Of a DNA stretch of 64,000 bases, positions 46,669 to 60,819 are shown piece by piece. How positions within the stretch are numbered: the stretch's first letter is position 1; each line of letters opens with the position of its first letter. The notes beneath the pieces were generated by a model that saw nothing but the letters and a program-made list of their open reading frames with translations, made no database searches and was not told the origin of the DNA. The stretch spans positions 29,574,001 to 29,638,000 of the forward strand of contig NC_082731.1 of the NCBI RefSeq assembly GCF_030144855.1, written 5' to 3'. The position numbers and the translations under genes are program-made. Source of the stretch: Hypanus sabinus. Taxonomy: Eukaryota.

Positions 46669-49600
46669 TTTCTTTTACTTCACTGAAATACCGACACATC
46701 GGATTTCGGCTTCTTTCTCACAGTGAACTAAATCATGTTGTGATCACTGCCTCCTAAGGGTTTGTTCACTTCCATCTCTCTAATTACCTCTGGTTCATTA
46801 CACGATACCCAATCCAGTACAGACGATCCCCTCGTGGGCTCAACAACAAGCTGTTCTAAAAAGCCATCTCGTAGATATTCTACAAATTCTCTCTCTTGAG
46901 ATCCAGTGCTGACCTGATTTTCCCAATCCACTCGCATGTTAAAATCCCCGACAATTATCATAACACTGCCCTTCTGAAAAGCTTTTTCTATTTCCTGTTG
47001 TAATTCGTAGTCCACATCACTGCAGCTATTTGGAGGCCTGTAGATAACTGCCATCAGAGTCCTTTTACCCCTGCATTTTCTTAGCTCAACCCATAAAGAT
47101 TGTGTACCTTCCGATCCTATGTCAACTCTTTCTTTTTTTTTAATTTATTTTTTTATTGAAGTTCATCAAACAATCATTTCCATAAAATGTATTTCAGACA
47201 TTGTCCGTATATATCATATAATCAAATATATCACAAATCTCCACAAAGTATTTATCTGAGGGATACACTTATAGAAAAGAGCAGAAAGAGAAAACAAGTG
47301 AAAGGAAAAAAACTATGTACAAGGAGGGAGAGATCTTTTTTTTACAACATATTCATTGATTTGTGAGAATAAAATCAAGCCTATGAAACATTATGTACTT
47401 AAACCATTTTCCCAGTATGAATAAAATTGTTCCAGCTTATGATTAACAGATGCTGTTATCTTCTCCATTTTGTAAATGTCCATTGTAATTTCCATCCATG
47501 TATTTAAAGTTGGGCTCTCCTGTGATAACTATTTCCTAGTAGGAGTCTTTTTAACCAGACACTAACAGTATATTCATTAAATATTTATCTCTTTTCAACC
47601 ATTCTTGAGGTATATATCCAAAATATATGGTCTTACCCTCTAAGGGTATTTCACATTTAAAGATGTCTTGTAGGGCATTGTCTATCCCCCTCCAATAGTT
47701 TTTGATAACAGGACAGTCCCAAAAAAATATGATAATGATTTACGTTTTGATTTTCACAATTTCTCCAGCAAACAGGGAGGTTACTATCATAATGGGATTC
47801 CGAGAGGTGTAATAAAATATCTAATCAAGTTTTTCCATCCAAACTCCCTCCATTTCTGTGAACTGGTACACTTCCATTGATACCTCCATATTATTATCCA
47901 TTCTACCTCAGATATAATTATCCCTCTGTCCTTCTCACATTTTGTTTTAATGTATGAAGTCGAATGTGTTTTTAAGATTTGATAACCCCTTATACATGCT
48001 TGAAATGATTCTACTATCATTATCTGAATTATATGCTTTTCTAAATATCTCTATCAAGCATGTACTTGCCTTGGTTACATTTTAAGTGTCTTATTAACAT
48101 ATAGTCGCATCTGTAAATATCAATAAAAATCTTGTTTTTCTAATGTGTTTCTCTTTAAGCATTTCAAAACTGAAGTGTTCCTTCTTTCATTATGTTGCAA
48201 AGAACTGTTATTCCTTTAGCTGTCCAGTCCTTAAATCTAGCATCCAATTTATTTGATGTAAAATCTGAGTCATATGCACACCACTTAATAATTTCAATAT
48301 TTCCTTCTAGATTATATTCTTTTATAGTATTTTTCCATATTTTAAGTCAATTTCACCCATGGATTATCAATAGTATTTATGTACCTTTGCAGGTTGTTAT
48401 CAGCCAAATTTGCTTGTACGGGGATGGGAAGCACCCGCTCCTCAATGTTTTTCCATAGAGCGTCATATGATGGGTTGCACCAACATATCACAGCTCTCAT
48501 CTGTGCTGCAAAATAATAATCTCTAAGAGAAGTAGGCCCCATCCCCCCTTTTCCTTTGCTAATTGCAAAGTTTTGAGACAAACTCTAGGCCTTTTACCCT
48601 GCCAAATATACCTTGATAACATCTTGTTCCATTCGTTGAATTGATTTTGATTAATCTCTATTGATAGAGTCTGATAGAGATATAACAGTCTGGGCAGTAT
48701 ATTCATTTTAATAGACTCAATCCTTGAACTGAGACTGAAAAAAGGAATCAGGTTCCATCTTGCCATATCTTCCTTAATTTTTTATATAAAGGCTGATAAC
48801 TACATTCTGATAATTTTGCCAAATCATTTGGCATAATGATGCCCAAATATTTGAAAGACTCTATTTACCATGCCCAAGGATACCTACTTTCAATTTCTCT
48901 TGGTGGGCTACAGTAATATGAAAGTAATTGGGTTTTATCTATGTTGATCTTGTATCCTGATAATTGACCATATTGTTCAAAGGATTGCATCAATTTAGGT
49001 AAAGAGAATGTCGGTTGCCCTAGATAGATCAAAATGTCATCTGCATAACAAGCCAATTTATGCTCTGTCCCTTTAATAGTAATTTCCCTGATATCTTCAT
49101 TTTTTCTGATGTATTGAGCTAATGGTTCCAGATATAATACAAAGAGTAGCAGTGACCGTGCACAACCCTGTCTCGTGCCCCTTTCTAGGGTAAGACTATT
49201 TGATAAATCCATTGATTTTTATCCTAGCAGTGGGTTGTTATATAGTTTCTGTATAGTTTTAATAATTGTGTCTTGGAAACCAAATCTATGTAAAACTCTG
49301 TAAAGAAAATTCCAATTAACTGAATCAAATGCCTCTTCAGCAGCCATGCTTAGATTTTATTTTTTTGTATATGATCCATAATGTGAAGTGTCCTTTGTAT
49401 ATTGTCTTGTGTTTGGCGTTGTCACATAAAACCTGTCTGATCGTTACATATCAGCATGGGTAGAAACTCCTCTAATCATTTGGCCATGATGGAGGTAAAT
49501 AATCTATAATCTACATTAGGAATGGATATTGGTCTAAATGACCCGCATTCCATTTTAGCCTTGCTTTCTTTCGGTATAGCTGAGATTATCGCTTCCTTCC

Positions 49601-51014
49601 AACTGGGTGGTATTTGTAACTTTTTTAGAGCCCAGTTCAATGTGGGGAGTAAAACAGGAATTAACTCATTTTTAAATTCTTTGTACCACTCTGCCATAAA
49701 CCCATCTCATATCCTGGTGACTTGCTTAATTTAAGCCTACTAATTGCAGCTTTTAATTCAACTTCAGTTATGTCAGCAGTGATCGTTCTATTTTGTTCTT
49801 CACTTAAAGTGGGTAACTCTAGAGAATTCAAGAATGTGTCAATTTGGGTTATGCTTCCCCCTGGAACTTTGGAATATAGAGTTTTGTAAAACACTTCAAA
49901 AGCTTCTTGAATTTCACTTAGCTTATCTTTTTTATCATTTTTGTTCTTGGGTCCCTAATTCTATGAATTGTATTTTCTGCTATCTTTTTTTTCAGTCATC
50001 ACACCAGTATTTTCATAGACTTTGATCCACTTTCATAATGTCTTTTTTTTTAGAAACGTTAAATTTTTCCTGATTTCTTGCATAGCCAAACTACTAATTT
50101 CATTCCTAGCATTTTTAATTTCCCCTAATGTATCCTGTGTCAAATTCAATTTTTTTCTTTATTTCCTTCAGCCTATTTTGTAATTCCTCTAATGTCTTAT
50201 TCCTTATGTTTTTCTTATATGAAGATATCACTATAATTTTCCTTCTTAAGACAGCCTTCAGAGTATCCCATAGAATGGGAAGTGAAACCTCTCCATTATC
50301 ATTAAATTCTAAGTACAGAACAATTTCTTTTTTAATTTGTTCCTTAAAGTATGGATCATTGAGTAGATTTGAATTTAGTTTCCAAATAGTATTCTTTGGT
50401 TGTAGGTCAAAATCAACAGATAAATATATAGGTGCATGGTCACTTACATCTATTGTCCCAATTCCACAGGTGTTTATTTTGTCTTTACCTTTTCCAAATG
50501 TTATGAAATAGTCTATTCTTGTATATACAGAATGGGGAGCAGAATAATGAGTGTAATCCCTTCTGTTGGGGAAAAGGTCTCTCCGTATATCAATGAAACC
50601 AACATCCTCAGAAAGTGTATTAACTTTCTTATGTAAGGATTTTTTTTCATAGGTTTTTCTATTGGAAGAATCTAAGTTTGGTTGTAATTGTAAATTTAAG
50701 TCTCCCTCACATATCAGGAGACCTTCTGTTTCTGCTACCATAATATCAGTAATTTTCTGAAAGAAACCAATATCACTTCCCTGGGGTGCATATATATTCA
50801 ATAGAGTAACTGAATTTCTGTCGATATTCCCCCTTACCAGAATATATCTGCCCTCTTTATCTCCCATTTCGAATACTTTTTCAAAATTTAGCTTACTTGA
50901 GATAAGAATAGCTACTCCTCTCCTATGTAGTGATTTTTGTGAGGAGAAAATCAAATTAGTGAAGCCCATTCTCTTCAGCTTTCTATGCTCATTATCACTT
51001 AAATGAGTTTCCCG

Positions 51015-51787
51015 TGTTACGTCCGTAGCCCCCTCCTCTGTGAGAATCGCAAGGTCACTGTTGGGTTGGGTCAAGGGGCCCAGGAAATGGGAAAAGAGAC
51101 ATGCAAACTGGCTCATTTCCCCAGCGATGTAAAGCTACGGGACATGGCCATTGTCTCTTGGAGACCAATTTGTGGATTGAGCTACTATACTACGTGAACG
51201 TCCACAGGCAAAGTGGGCTGGTTGAGGGAGAGAGTGCACACCCCCAACCTGATTGACATCTACGACCCTGCGAGTCAGGATAAAAGAGGGTCTGTAGGAA
51301 CAGTCCCTCAGACGCACCAGAAGAAACGTTAAGCGACCACGTAACAGCAGGAAGTCATCAGAAGGAGGCCACGTGCGTTCGATTCTGTAGCTGGAATTGG
51401 TGGCTGGAACCACAGAAAACAGCTTTTAGCTAACAACGGGGAAGCCCGCTCCCCTGACTCAACAGATTGGCATCATCAAAGACCTGGGGCAAGTTTAAAC
51501 CGCATCGCTTTTAAACCCAACAACGCTACAGCTTGAGCGAACTGATAGTGACTGTTATCTTTCCATCGGACAATACATTATCCCCAAGACAACGATAGAG
51601 CTATTTATCAGTTATTATTATACCCGCGCTTTAGATTTAGTATTGACGACGTATATTATCTGTATGTTTGCATTAATCTTATTTTTGTTCCCTTTATCAA
51701 TAAAGACTTTTAAAAATAGTACCATCAGACTTCAACGGAGCTCTCTATCTTTGCTGGTAAGTGATCCAGTTACGGGATTTCATAACA
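51015..51787 (+). repeat. 5' LTR (773 bp, TGTTA...TAACA)
   Basis: Direct repeat of 55177-55952, roughly 90% or more identical by eye. Confidence 0.92.
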
Positions 51788-51791
51788 AAGT

Positions 51792-51815
51792 TGGGGTTCT
51801 CGTCTCGGGATTTGA
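51792..51815 (+). promoter_or_regulatory. Degenerate tRNA-Pro primer-binding site
   Basis: TGGGGTTCTCGTCTCGGGATTTGA versus canonical TGGGGGCTCGTCCGGGATTTGA, immediately 3' of the LTR. Confidence 0.7.
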
Positions 51816-51902
51816 CACCAAATTGGTGGGCCAGTGAATCGGGCTTGTAAGTCCAAAACTTGGATCTAGTTACGCGGGTAGCCAGACGGGAAACCAGCAA
51901 AG

Positions 51903-52191
51903 ATGGACGTGGGTGAATTTATAGAAAACCCAAATCTGGATGCGCTGGAGGCGGCCTCCAAATCGGGCTTGATAAAATTGGCGAAGGTGTTAAATCTCGC
52001 AGGGGTGAGGTTGTCAATGAAAAAGCGGGATGTGCGAAGGGCAATAACTCAGTATTATATTGGGAAGAATGGGTTTACAGATGAGGTATTGGAAAATATC
52101 CCTGAAGAGGTACCAGCTAGTGGGATGGCTCAGTTAGAGTTGGAGAAATTAAAGTTGGAACATGCACTTCAGTTAAAGCAGCTGGAGGCAG

Positions 52192-52225
<34 letters not shown>

Positions 52226-53675
52226 AAGGGCTGAGAGAGAGAAAGAGAGGGAGCATGCGCTCCAGCTGAAGGAGTTAGAGGAGAAACGAGAGTATGAAAT
52301 TCAGTTAAAACAGCTGGAAGCAGCTGAGAAAGAGAAACAGAGGAAACATGACTTGGAGATGGAGAAGTTACGGCAGGAGCCACGAGTTCTGGGGTCAGAC
52401 CGAGAGGAGCAGTTCAATGTTAGTCGAGAGTTGAGGTTAGTACCTCCATTCGAGGAGAAGGATGTTGATAGTTATTTCTTGCTTTTTGAAAAGGTGGCAG
52501 TGAATCAGAAGTGGCCCAGAGGTCAGTGGGTGGCGCTGTTACAAAGTGTGTTAAAGGGGAAGGCACAGCGGGCATATACGGCGTTGGCCATGGAAGAGGG
52601 AGAGGAGGAGAGTTATGACAAAGTAAAGGCGGCCATTCTCCAGAGTTATGAGCTAGTACCTGAGGCATATAGACAAAAGTTTAGAAATTTCAAGAAAGGG
52701 TGGAATCAGACGTATACCGAGTTTGCCTATGAGAAGGGGGTGCTCTTGGACCAGTGGGGCACCGCAGAGAGAGTGGAAGAGGATTATGGGCATCTCAGGG
52801 AGTTAATTCTGATTGAGGAATTTAAAGGTTGTGTTTCGGAGGATATCCGGATGTATTTGAATGAGAAGCCGCATAAGTCCATCTCGGAATTTGCTAGGTT
52901 CACAGATGAATATGCCCTAACCCACAAGACAAAGTTTTCCTCGAATAAAAGTTCCCAGAGAGACCAGGGGAATGATCGAGAAAGTCCACCGGCTGAGGCA
53001 GCGGTCCCGCTGGAAGCTAGTGGTAAGGTTGAGGGGGAAAGGCCAGGCGGCTAGAGATTTCTGGGCTTGACCTGTTTTAATTGTGGAGGGGGGGGGCATA
53101 TTGCATCTCGGTGCTTGGCTCTGAGGAAAGAGACAGGAAAAGGGAAAGCAGCAGTCCCTATCGGATGTGCCGTGGTAATCAGTAAATCGACAAGAGAGCC
53201 CCAGGTAGACAGAGTACGAGAAGGGTCTGAGACTTGCCTGTCAGACGGAACCGTGTCTGTGAGGGAGGGGAACACACCAGTTCCCGTACGGATCTGGAGA
53301 GACACGGGGGCTGAGCTGTCGTTGATCAGCAGTAAGGTACTAGAGTTTGGTCGCAAGACGAGGATGGTAGCTGTGAAGGGAATAAGTAAAGGAACAGAAA
53401 TGGTGCCCTTACATAAGGTCATTATGGACTGTGAGCTGGTATCTGGACCAGTTGAAATAGGGGTGCGATCAGAATTCCCAAGAACTGACGCGGATGTCCT
53501 TCTCGGTAACAATTTAGCAGGTGGTAAGGTTTGGTCGGCAATGTTGCCGACCCGCCAACCAGCAAGTGCGGTGGTCCCGCCCCTAGATTCCAAGATCTAT
53601 CCCACATGCACGATCACTCGCAGCCTGCCGAGAGAGGCAGCTAAGAAAGAGCAATTTAAATCTGGCCAGTTTTGA
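51903..53675 (+). pseudogene. gag-protease reading frame with one in-frame TAG at 53052-53054
   Basis: Glu/Arg-rich coiled coil; capsid/SCAN-related YELVPEAYRQKFR...LILIEEFK; CFNCGGGGHIASRC knuckle; RDTGA protease motif. ORFs 51903 and 53067 share a frame. Confidence 0.8.
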
Positions 53676-55176
53676 TTTGGCCGAGACGTTTCTACCGACC
53701 CTGTACCATGAGGGTTTAGAGGGTGGTAAAACGAAGAGTAGTAAAGTGTAAGAGGGTAAGGGAGTGGAGGTAGACCTTCCCTTAGTGAGGAGAAAGCCCC
53801 TAGAGGCAGGAAATAAAGATGAGGAACCGATAGAGCGGTTAAGAGGTCCAGAGTTGGACAGGGATGATCTGTCTGGTTTGGCAGAACTGTTTGAAGAAGT
53901 TGAAAATTCTAAAGGTGTTCCCGATAATGAAATGAGGGCAGCCCCAGATGAAAAGGGTGCCCTTGCCTTGCAGAAGTCTGCTGGGTTGGCAGATGAGGTT
54001 GTTTCAGCCTGTGGGGTTGAGTTTACTCCAGAAGGGAGTTGCTCAGAGAGTACCTGGGAGCATCGGGAAAATGTAGAATTTGAAAAGGGTATGGGTATTG
54101 AAAGCCTGGAAGAGTCCAATATCTCGTGTCAGTGTGTCCAAGATGGGATGCACGTGGTACTGAACCGAGTAACGGAGCTCAGAAAAAGTCTGAGGTATTT
54201 GATTCAGTGGAACGAGACGGCCGTCCTTGTGGGTCAGATAGACTTGGTTCAGTGAAGAAAGGGTTAACCTTGGTAATAGTGGGAAGTGAGAGTTCCCAGG
54301 TGTTTGTGCTCGAAGGTGTGTCGAAAGTTAATGCGGAGCTCAAAAACTGGGGAGATATATATTTTCATTGAAGGAAACGGGAAATCAGTCGTTCCCAAAT
54401 CGAATGAAGAAATTTTACACCCTGCCGATCGCCTACCGATTCAGCTGGAAGGTGACGGGGCCCCCCACGCTATTGTTATTCCAGAATGTGGTGTGAAAAG
54501 GCAGAATTTGAAATGCTGCTTGAGCAAAGCGGTCGAACGAGAAACACATAGCCTGAAGGGTCCTGACGAGAGGGCTAGCAACTTGAGTAAAATTAAGGAT
54601 TTGGGTGGAAATTCGGGAAATGGGCTAAGTTTGGAACACATTGTTGATAAAATAACTCCTATGGATGGAGCGGACGAAAGCCTATTTCGCCAGGGTGCGC
54701 CAACTCCCCACGTGGGAAGTACCCGGAAAAGAGGCGACGGTTAATGGGGACGCCATTTTTAAATAGCAAAGCCAGTTGTACGGGATTTTGACACAGCCTG
54801 TGAATAATAAAGACAACCCACTTTGAAGCCTGTTTGTTCAGTCTGAAAACGACCGAAAGATTTGTAGTTCCATAAACTTTTGTAGATGCACGGAAGCTAA
54901 GATCACACCTCCTTAGAGTTGTTGCTGAAGGAAAGAAATAAAAATAGGCGGTTATTAAATTGAAGTCTGATGCTACAAGACTTTAGTATGGTACACGATG
55001 TTAAGATATTGGAGAAAGTGACACTGTAATTGTTAACTGTTTAGATACTGAATTGAATGTATCACTGTGTTACTCTGTAGAAAAAAAACTTTGGTGTTGT
55101 GTTAGATTCTAACACCCTGTAAGACTCTGTATTAATTATTTTTTCCAATGGTAAAAAATGCGCTGAAGAAAGGGGG

Positions 55177-55952
55177 TGTAACATCCGTAGCCCCCTCCTT
55201 TGTGAGAATCACAAGATCACTGTTGGGTTGGATCAAGGGGCCCAGGAAATGGGAAAAGAGATGTGCAGGCTGGCTTGTTTCCCCGGCGATGTAAAGCTAC
55301 AGGACATGGCCATTGTCTCTTGGAGACCAATCTGTGGATTGAGCTACTATACTACGTGAACGTCCTCAGGCAAAGTGGGCTGGTTGAGGGAGAGAGTGCA
55401 CACCCCCAACCTGACTGACATCTACGACCCTGTGAGTCAGGATAAAAGAGGGTCTGTAGGAACAGTCCCTCAGACGCACCAGAAGAAACGTTAAGCGACC
55501 ACGTAACAGCAGGAAGTCATCTGAAGGAGGCCACGTGCATTCAGTTCCATTGCTGGAATTGGTGGCTGGAACCACGGAAAATGGATTTTAGCTAACGACG
55601 GGGAAGCCCGCTCCCCTGACTCAACAGATTGGCATCATAAAAGACCTGGAGCAAGTTTAAACCGCATCGCTTTTAAACCCAACAACGCTGCAGCTTGAGC
55701 AAACTGATAGTGACTGTTATCTTTCCATCGGACAATACATTATCCCCTAGACAACAATAGAGCTATTTCTTATCGGTTATTATTAAACCCGCGCTTTAGA
55801 TTTAGTATTGATGACGTATATTATCTGTATGTTTGCATTAATCTTATTTTTGTGCCCTTTATCAATAAATACTTTTAAAAATAGTACCATCAGACTTCAA
55901 CGGACCTCTCTATCTTTGCTGGTAAGTGATCTAGTTACGGGATTTCATAACA
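55177..55952 (+). repeat. 3' LTR (776 bp, TGTAA...TAACA)
   Basis: Direct repeat of 51015-51787, preceded by the PPT. Confidence 0.92.
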
Positions 55953-56329
55953 CCTGTAAATATACTACATGGGCTTGTTCATTTCTCATTTTGGATAAAA
56001 TTCTATAACATTTGATTGGATTTAATAGCCCATTGAAATTAAAAGAAATGAATTTTACTTTGTCCTTAACCATCTGTATTTATCCATCAATGTATCCTTG
56101 AAATTAGCAGAATAAAACTTAATCAATCTTCTCCCTGAACAAGTAAGAAATAAGAAACGCAAAGAATAACAAAACTGGCAATGGACATGTGATTCCAAGG
56201 CTGAGGTCTCCAGTAGACTAGAGCTAGAGGAAATGCCCAGCTGTGGGGGATAACCCCTCCTACTTGTGAGTTGAGGGCCCCCTTTGCAGTATTCATAAAA
56301 GTCAGTGAACAAATCCATTACACATTAAA

Positions 56330-56461
56330 NNNNNNNNNNNNNNNNNNNNNNNNNNNNNNNNNNNNNNNNNNNNNNNNNNNNNNNNNNNNNNNNNNNNNNN
56401 NNNNNNNNNNNNNNNNNNNNNNNNNNNNNNNNNNNNNNNNNNNNNNNNNNNNNNNNNNNNN
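56330..56461. other. Assembly gap (run of N)
   Basis: 132 consecutive N. Confidence 0.98.
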
Positions 56462-58689
56462 AAAGAGTAAGTGAGCAAATAAAGAATAACAACTAAGTAA
56501 TATAAAATCCACATTATAATAAGTATTTCTCGAGATAGGTAAATCACCATCTACTTTTGCTTCCGTTTAGCTTCTCAACATTTTTAAAGTTAGTCAAACC
56601 TTATGGTTCTTTTGGAGGGGATGAGGGCTGTCTTTGGAAAACTCTCACTCTCTTCCTGATATACTTCTTTTGGCCTCCTCCCGTCTCCTGTCTTCTCGAT
56701 TCTCACACTATTTCCCAAGCGGAGTGGGATAATTCCTCTGCCAGGCTTTCCCTCGGTTTGATCATGCTGACGGGCAACCCTCTGGCCTTCATGTCTGTAG
56801 TCACCTTTTCCACTGTCTGGTACAACTGCATTTCTTCTTCATAAAACACTCAAAGTTGAGCAGGGTATGGAGTTTGAAATCTAATCTTTCTTTGCTTTAA
56901 TATTCGCTTTACTTCAGAGTATTCCTTACATTTCTGTGTGACCGCGGGGGGGGGGGGGGGTAATCTTGGTCGAAATATATTAATTTATCGTCTAAAAGCA
57001 CCCTCTTCTTATGCTAGGCCCTTCATAGAATCTCCGCCTTGGTATTGTAACGAAGGAATTTTATTATTATTGGGCGTGACTTATCTGATCTATCTTGGGT
57101 AGGCTTCGGGATTAGCGCACGATGGGTTCTCTCAATTTCCAGCTCCATAGTCGAGAGAAGCTCCAGCGCATTCCGCAGCTACTTTCCGACGAACTCCGTC
57201 ATTGACAAGCCCTCATCTCCTTCCGGAACGTTGTATATTCTGATATTATTCTGCCATGATCTTCCCTCCAGATCAAGCAGTTTACCTTCTTGGTGATTTA
57301 ATATTTTTATCAACTTACTCAGTATCCGTTCCACATTTTGAATGTGATTTTCCACCTTCTCAATGTGAGACTCTGCCACTGCTATTTTTTGATTGACATT
57401 GGTGAGCTCTAACTTAATATCATGTAACGGCTCCTTTATATCTTTCTGGAACACCCTTATCTCCTTCAAAATTTCGATCATATTGGCTGCTTCGCCTCAA
57501 TGAGGCCCAGCGTCCGCCTCACTAGCACGCCGTCAGGTAGGAGAGCCACTCGCTACACTCCTCTCGGCTGCAGGCTCTGCAGTGTCGCTTTTTTTAAAAT
57601 TTTCATTCATTTTCCCTATTCTTGCCCCTCTTTTCAGTTCAAATATTTTTCGAAAAATACTACATTTGATGGATTAACAGGGCTTAATACGTGTTTTTCC
57701 AGAGGAGCTAGTGACTTAAGCTGCCATTCTCGATGATGAATTCACCGGAAAACATGTCAACTCTTTCTAATGATTTAATATCATTTCTTACCATTAAAGC
57801 CACGCCACCCCTCTACCTAACTGTCTATCCTTCCAATACACCGTGTATCCTTGGACATTCAGCTCCCAGAGACATGCATCTTTTAGCCATGTCTCAGTGA
57901 TGGCCGCAATATCATACCTGCCAATCTGTAACTGTACAACAAGATCATCCACCTTATTCCTTATGCTGCGTGCATTTAAGTATAACACCTTAAGTCCAGT
58001 ATTTGGTATGTTTTGCATTGATTGCACTGCAACTCATCCCAATGGCTGCAAATTTGCTCCATCACCTGCCTGTCCTTCCTGACACCCTTACTGCTAACTA
58101 CCTTAGATCTATTTCTGATTTCCCTCTCTTCCACTTCATCATTCCAGTTCCCATCCCCCTGCCAAATTAGTTTAAACCCTCCCTTACAGCTCTATTAAAC
58201 CTACCCGCCAGCATATTGGTCCCCCTAGGATTCAAGTGTAACCTGTCCTTTCTGTACAGGTCACACCTGTACCAAAACAGGTCCCAATGATCCAGGAACT
58301 TGAATCCCTGCCCCCACTCCAATTGCTCAGCCACGCATTTATCCTCCACCTCATTTCATTCCTACTCGCACTGTCGCGTGGCACAGGCAGTAATCCCGAG
58401 ATTACTACCTTTGCGGTCCTTCTTCTCAACTGCCTTCCTAACTCCCTGTACTCTCCTTTCAGGACCTCTTCCCTTTTCCTACCTATGTCATCGGTACCTA
58501 CATGTACCACCACCTCTGGCTCCTCACCCTCCCACATCAGGGTATCTTGGATGTGAGCAGAAACATCCCGGACCCTGGCACCAGGGAGGCAAACTACCAT
58601 CCAGGTCTCCTGATCGCGTCCACAGAAATGCCTATCTGACCCCCTAACTATCGAGTTCCCTATTACTTGGCTGGTTATTCTGATGTTAG

Positions 58690-60600
58690 TGGTTGGGAAG
58701 ATTTTGGAGTTGATTGTTAAGGTTATAGTTTCCGGGTACTTGGAGGCACATCGTGAAGTAGGCCACAGTCAGCATGGTTTTCTCAAGGAAACCCTTGTCT
58801 GAGAAATTTGTCGAAATTTTTTGAAGACTTACCAAGCAGAGTTGAATCAGTGGACATTGTGTACTTGGATTTTCAAAAAAGCATTTGACAAGGTGCTGCA
58901 CACGAGGTTACATCACAAGTTAAGAGCCCATGGTATTACAAGGAAAACACTAGCGTGGATACAGTGGCACGAGGCAAGGAATGGGAAAAAAGGGAACCTT
59001 TTCTGGTTGGCTGCCGATGACTTGGATGATGGTAATGTTGGCTTTGTTGCAATGTTTGTGTATGAATCAAGATGGGTGGAAGGGCAGGTAGTTTTGGGGA
59101 AGTAGAGAGGCTACAGAAGGACTAAGACAGATTGGGAGAGTGGGCAATGAAGCAGCAGATGGAATACAATGTTCGGAATTGTATGGCCATGCACTTTGGT
59201 AGAAGAAATAAAAGGACAGGCTGTTTCCTGAATGGATAGAAAATTCAAAAATCTCAAGTGCAAAGGAACTTGGGAGCCCTTGTGCGGGATTTCCCTAAAG
59301 GTTAGTTTGCAGGTTGAGTCGCTGGTGAGGGAGGCAAATGTGATGTCAGCATTCATTCCAAGAGGACTACAAGATAAAAGCAAGGATGTAATGTTGAGGC
59401 TTTAGAAAGCACTGGTGAGGCCCAACTTGGAGTACTGTGAGCACTTTTGGTCTCCTTATCTGAGAAACAATGTGCTGACATTGGGGAGAGTTCAAAGGAG
59501 ATCTACAAAAATGATTCTGTGATCAAAAGGCTTGTCGTACAGAGAACATTTCATGTACTCACTGAAATTCAGAAGAATGAGGGGTGACCCTATTGAATGT
59601 TGAAAAGCCTTGATAAGAATGGATGTGGAGAGGATGGTGGGAGAGTCCAAGACTGAAGGACAGAATAGAAGGGACTCCTTTTAGAATGGAGATGACGATG
59701 ATTTTTTTTCAGCAGGGTGTAGAGAGTCTGTGGAATTTGCTACCACAGGCAGCTGTGGAGGCCAAGTCTGGACATATTCAAGGCGGAGGCTAATTTTTCT
59801 TGATTAATCAATGCATGAAGGGATACAGGTAGCAGACAGGAGATTGGGGCTAAGAGGGAAAATGGATCAGTTGTGATGAAATGGCGAAACAGACGATGGG
59901 CCAAATGGCCTCATTCTGCTCCTATATCTTATGGTCTTAACGGAGGAGTTCTGAGGGTTAAGAGCTATTTCAAAAAACTGGGGTTGATTAGGATTAGTCA
60001 ACAAGGCTCTGTTTCTGGGAGAACATGTCTCATGAATTTCCTCTGTTTAGTCCCTGCTCCACCTTCCATAAAATCATGAGGTTTCTCTCTTTCTGTTCCC
60101 ATTTGTTCATTCCTCATCTACTAGGTCATGGTAGTTTAGTGAGAATGGCTCCTGGGGCAGTGTCTTGCACTCTATGTGGGATGTGGGAAGTCTGGGAGAT
60201 CTCCAGTCTCCTAGATGAACGTATCTACACCAGGTGCACCAAGTTGCAGCAACTGAGAGAACGTATTAAGGAACTGGAGCTACAGATCGATGACCTTCAA
60301 CTCATACAGGAGAATGAGGAGTTGAGAAACAGGAGCTAGAGGGAGGTAGTTACCCCAGGATTGCAGGAGACAGGTAACTGGGTGACTGTCAGGAGAAGGA
60401 GGGGAAATGGACAGCCAGTCCAGAGAACACCTGTGGCTGTTCCACTCAATAATACATATTTAACTTTAGATACTACTGAGGGGCTGACTTAACAGTGGGG
60501 AGGAAGAGTGACTGGGTCTCTTTCACTGAGTTTGGTGATGTTGCTCAGAAGAGGAGAAGAGGAATGCAGTGTTGATAGGAGATCCCTTAGTCAGAGAAAC
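58690..60600 (+). mobile_element. Old CR1-like RT/3' fragment followed by a CR1 ORF1 5' fragment
   Basis: KAFDKV and MEYNV motifs; MAPGAVSCTLCGMWEV from about 60144. Confidence 0.7.
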
Positions 60601-60819
60601 AGATAGTCAGAGGGCACGATTGAATGTCCCAGGATGCAACAGTCTGGACTGCTAAGACTGTTTGGTATCAGGAGGACTGTGACTGAAACAGTCACTACTC
60701 CAATCCCATTGATTCATTGGTCAACATCTAGAATCAGAATCAGAATAAGGTTTATTATCACCAGCATGTGTCATGAAATTTGTTAAATTAGCAGCAGCAT
60801 TTCAATGTAATATATAATA

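Larger units (their letters stand above)
51015..55952 (+). mobile_element. Gypsy-type (Gmr1-like gag) LTR retroelement without recognisable RT/RNase H/integrase
   Basis: Paired LTRs, PBS, PPT GAAGAAAGGGGG (55165-55176), 4-bp TSD CCCG/CCTG; inserted in the L1 EN QETH motif. Confidence 0.88.
47134..57753 (-). mobile_element. Full-length L1-clade LINE (ORF1 and ORF2 decayed), interrupted by an LTR element and an assembly gap
   Basis: 15-bp TSD ATGTCAACTCTTTCT at 47119-47133 and 57754-57768. T-rich tail at 47134. YADD RT motif, EN ORF 50115-51000, coiled-coil ORF1 57179-57481. Confidence 0.9.
43360..58660 (-). mobile_element. Composite minus-strand CR1-like LINEs; one copy is split by the L1 at 47134-57753 and resumes at 57754-58660
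   Basis: RT and EN ORFs at 43755-47054; EN start and SGNH ORF1 at 57794-58600; sequence is continuous across the L1 TSD. Confidence 0.75.

Noticed and set aside
52195-52245. (GA)n microsatellite
   Set aside because: It encodes the ER-rich coiled coil of gag and is not a separate element.
56271-56550. ORFs spanning the N run
   Set aside because: Artefacts of the assembly gap.
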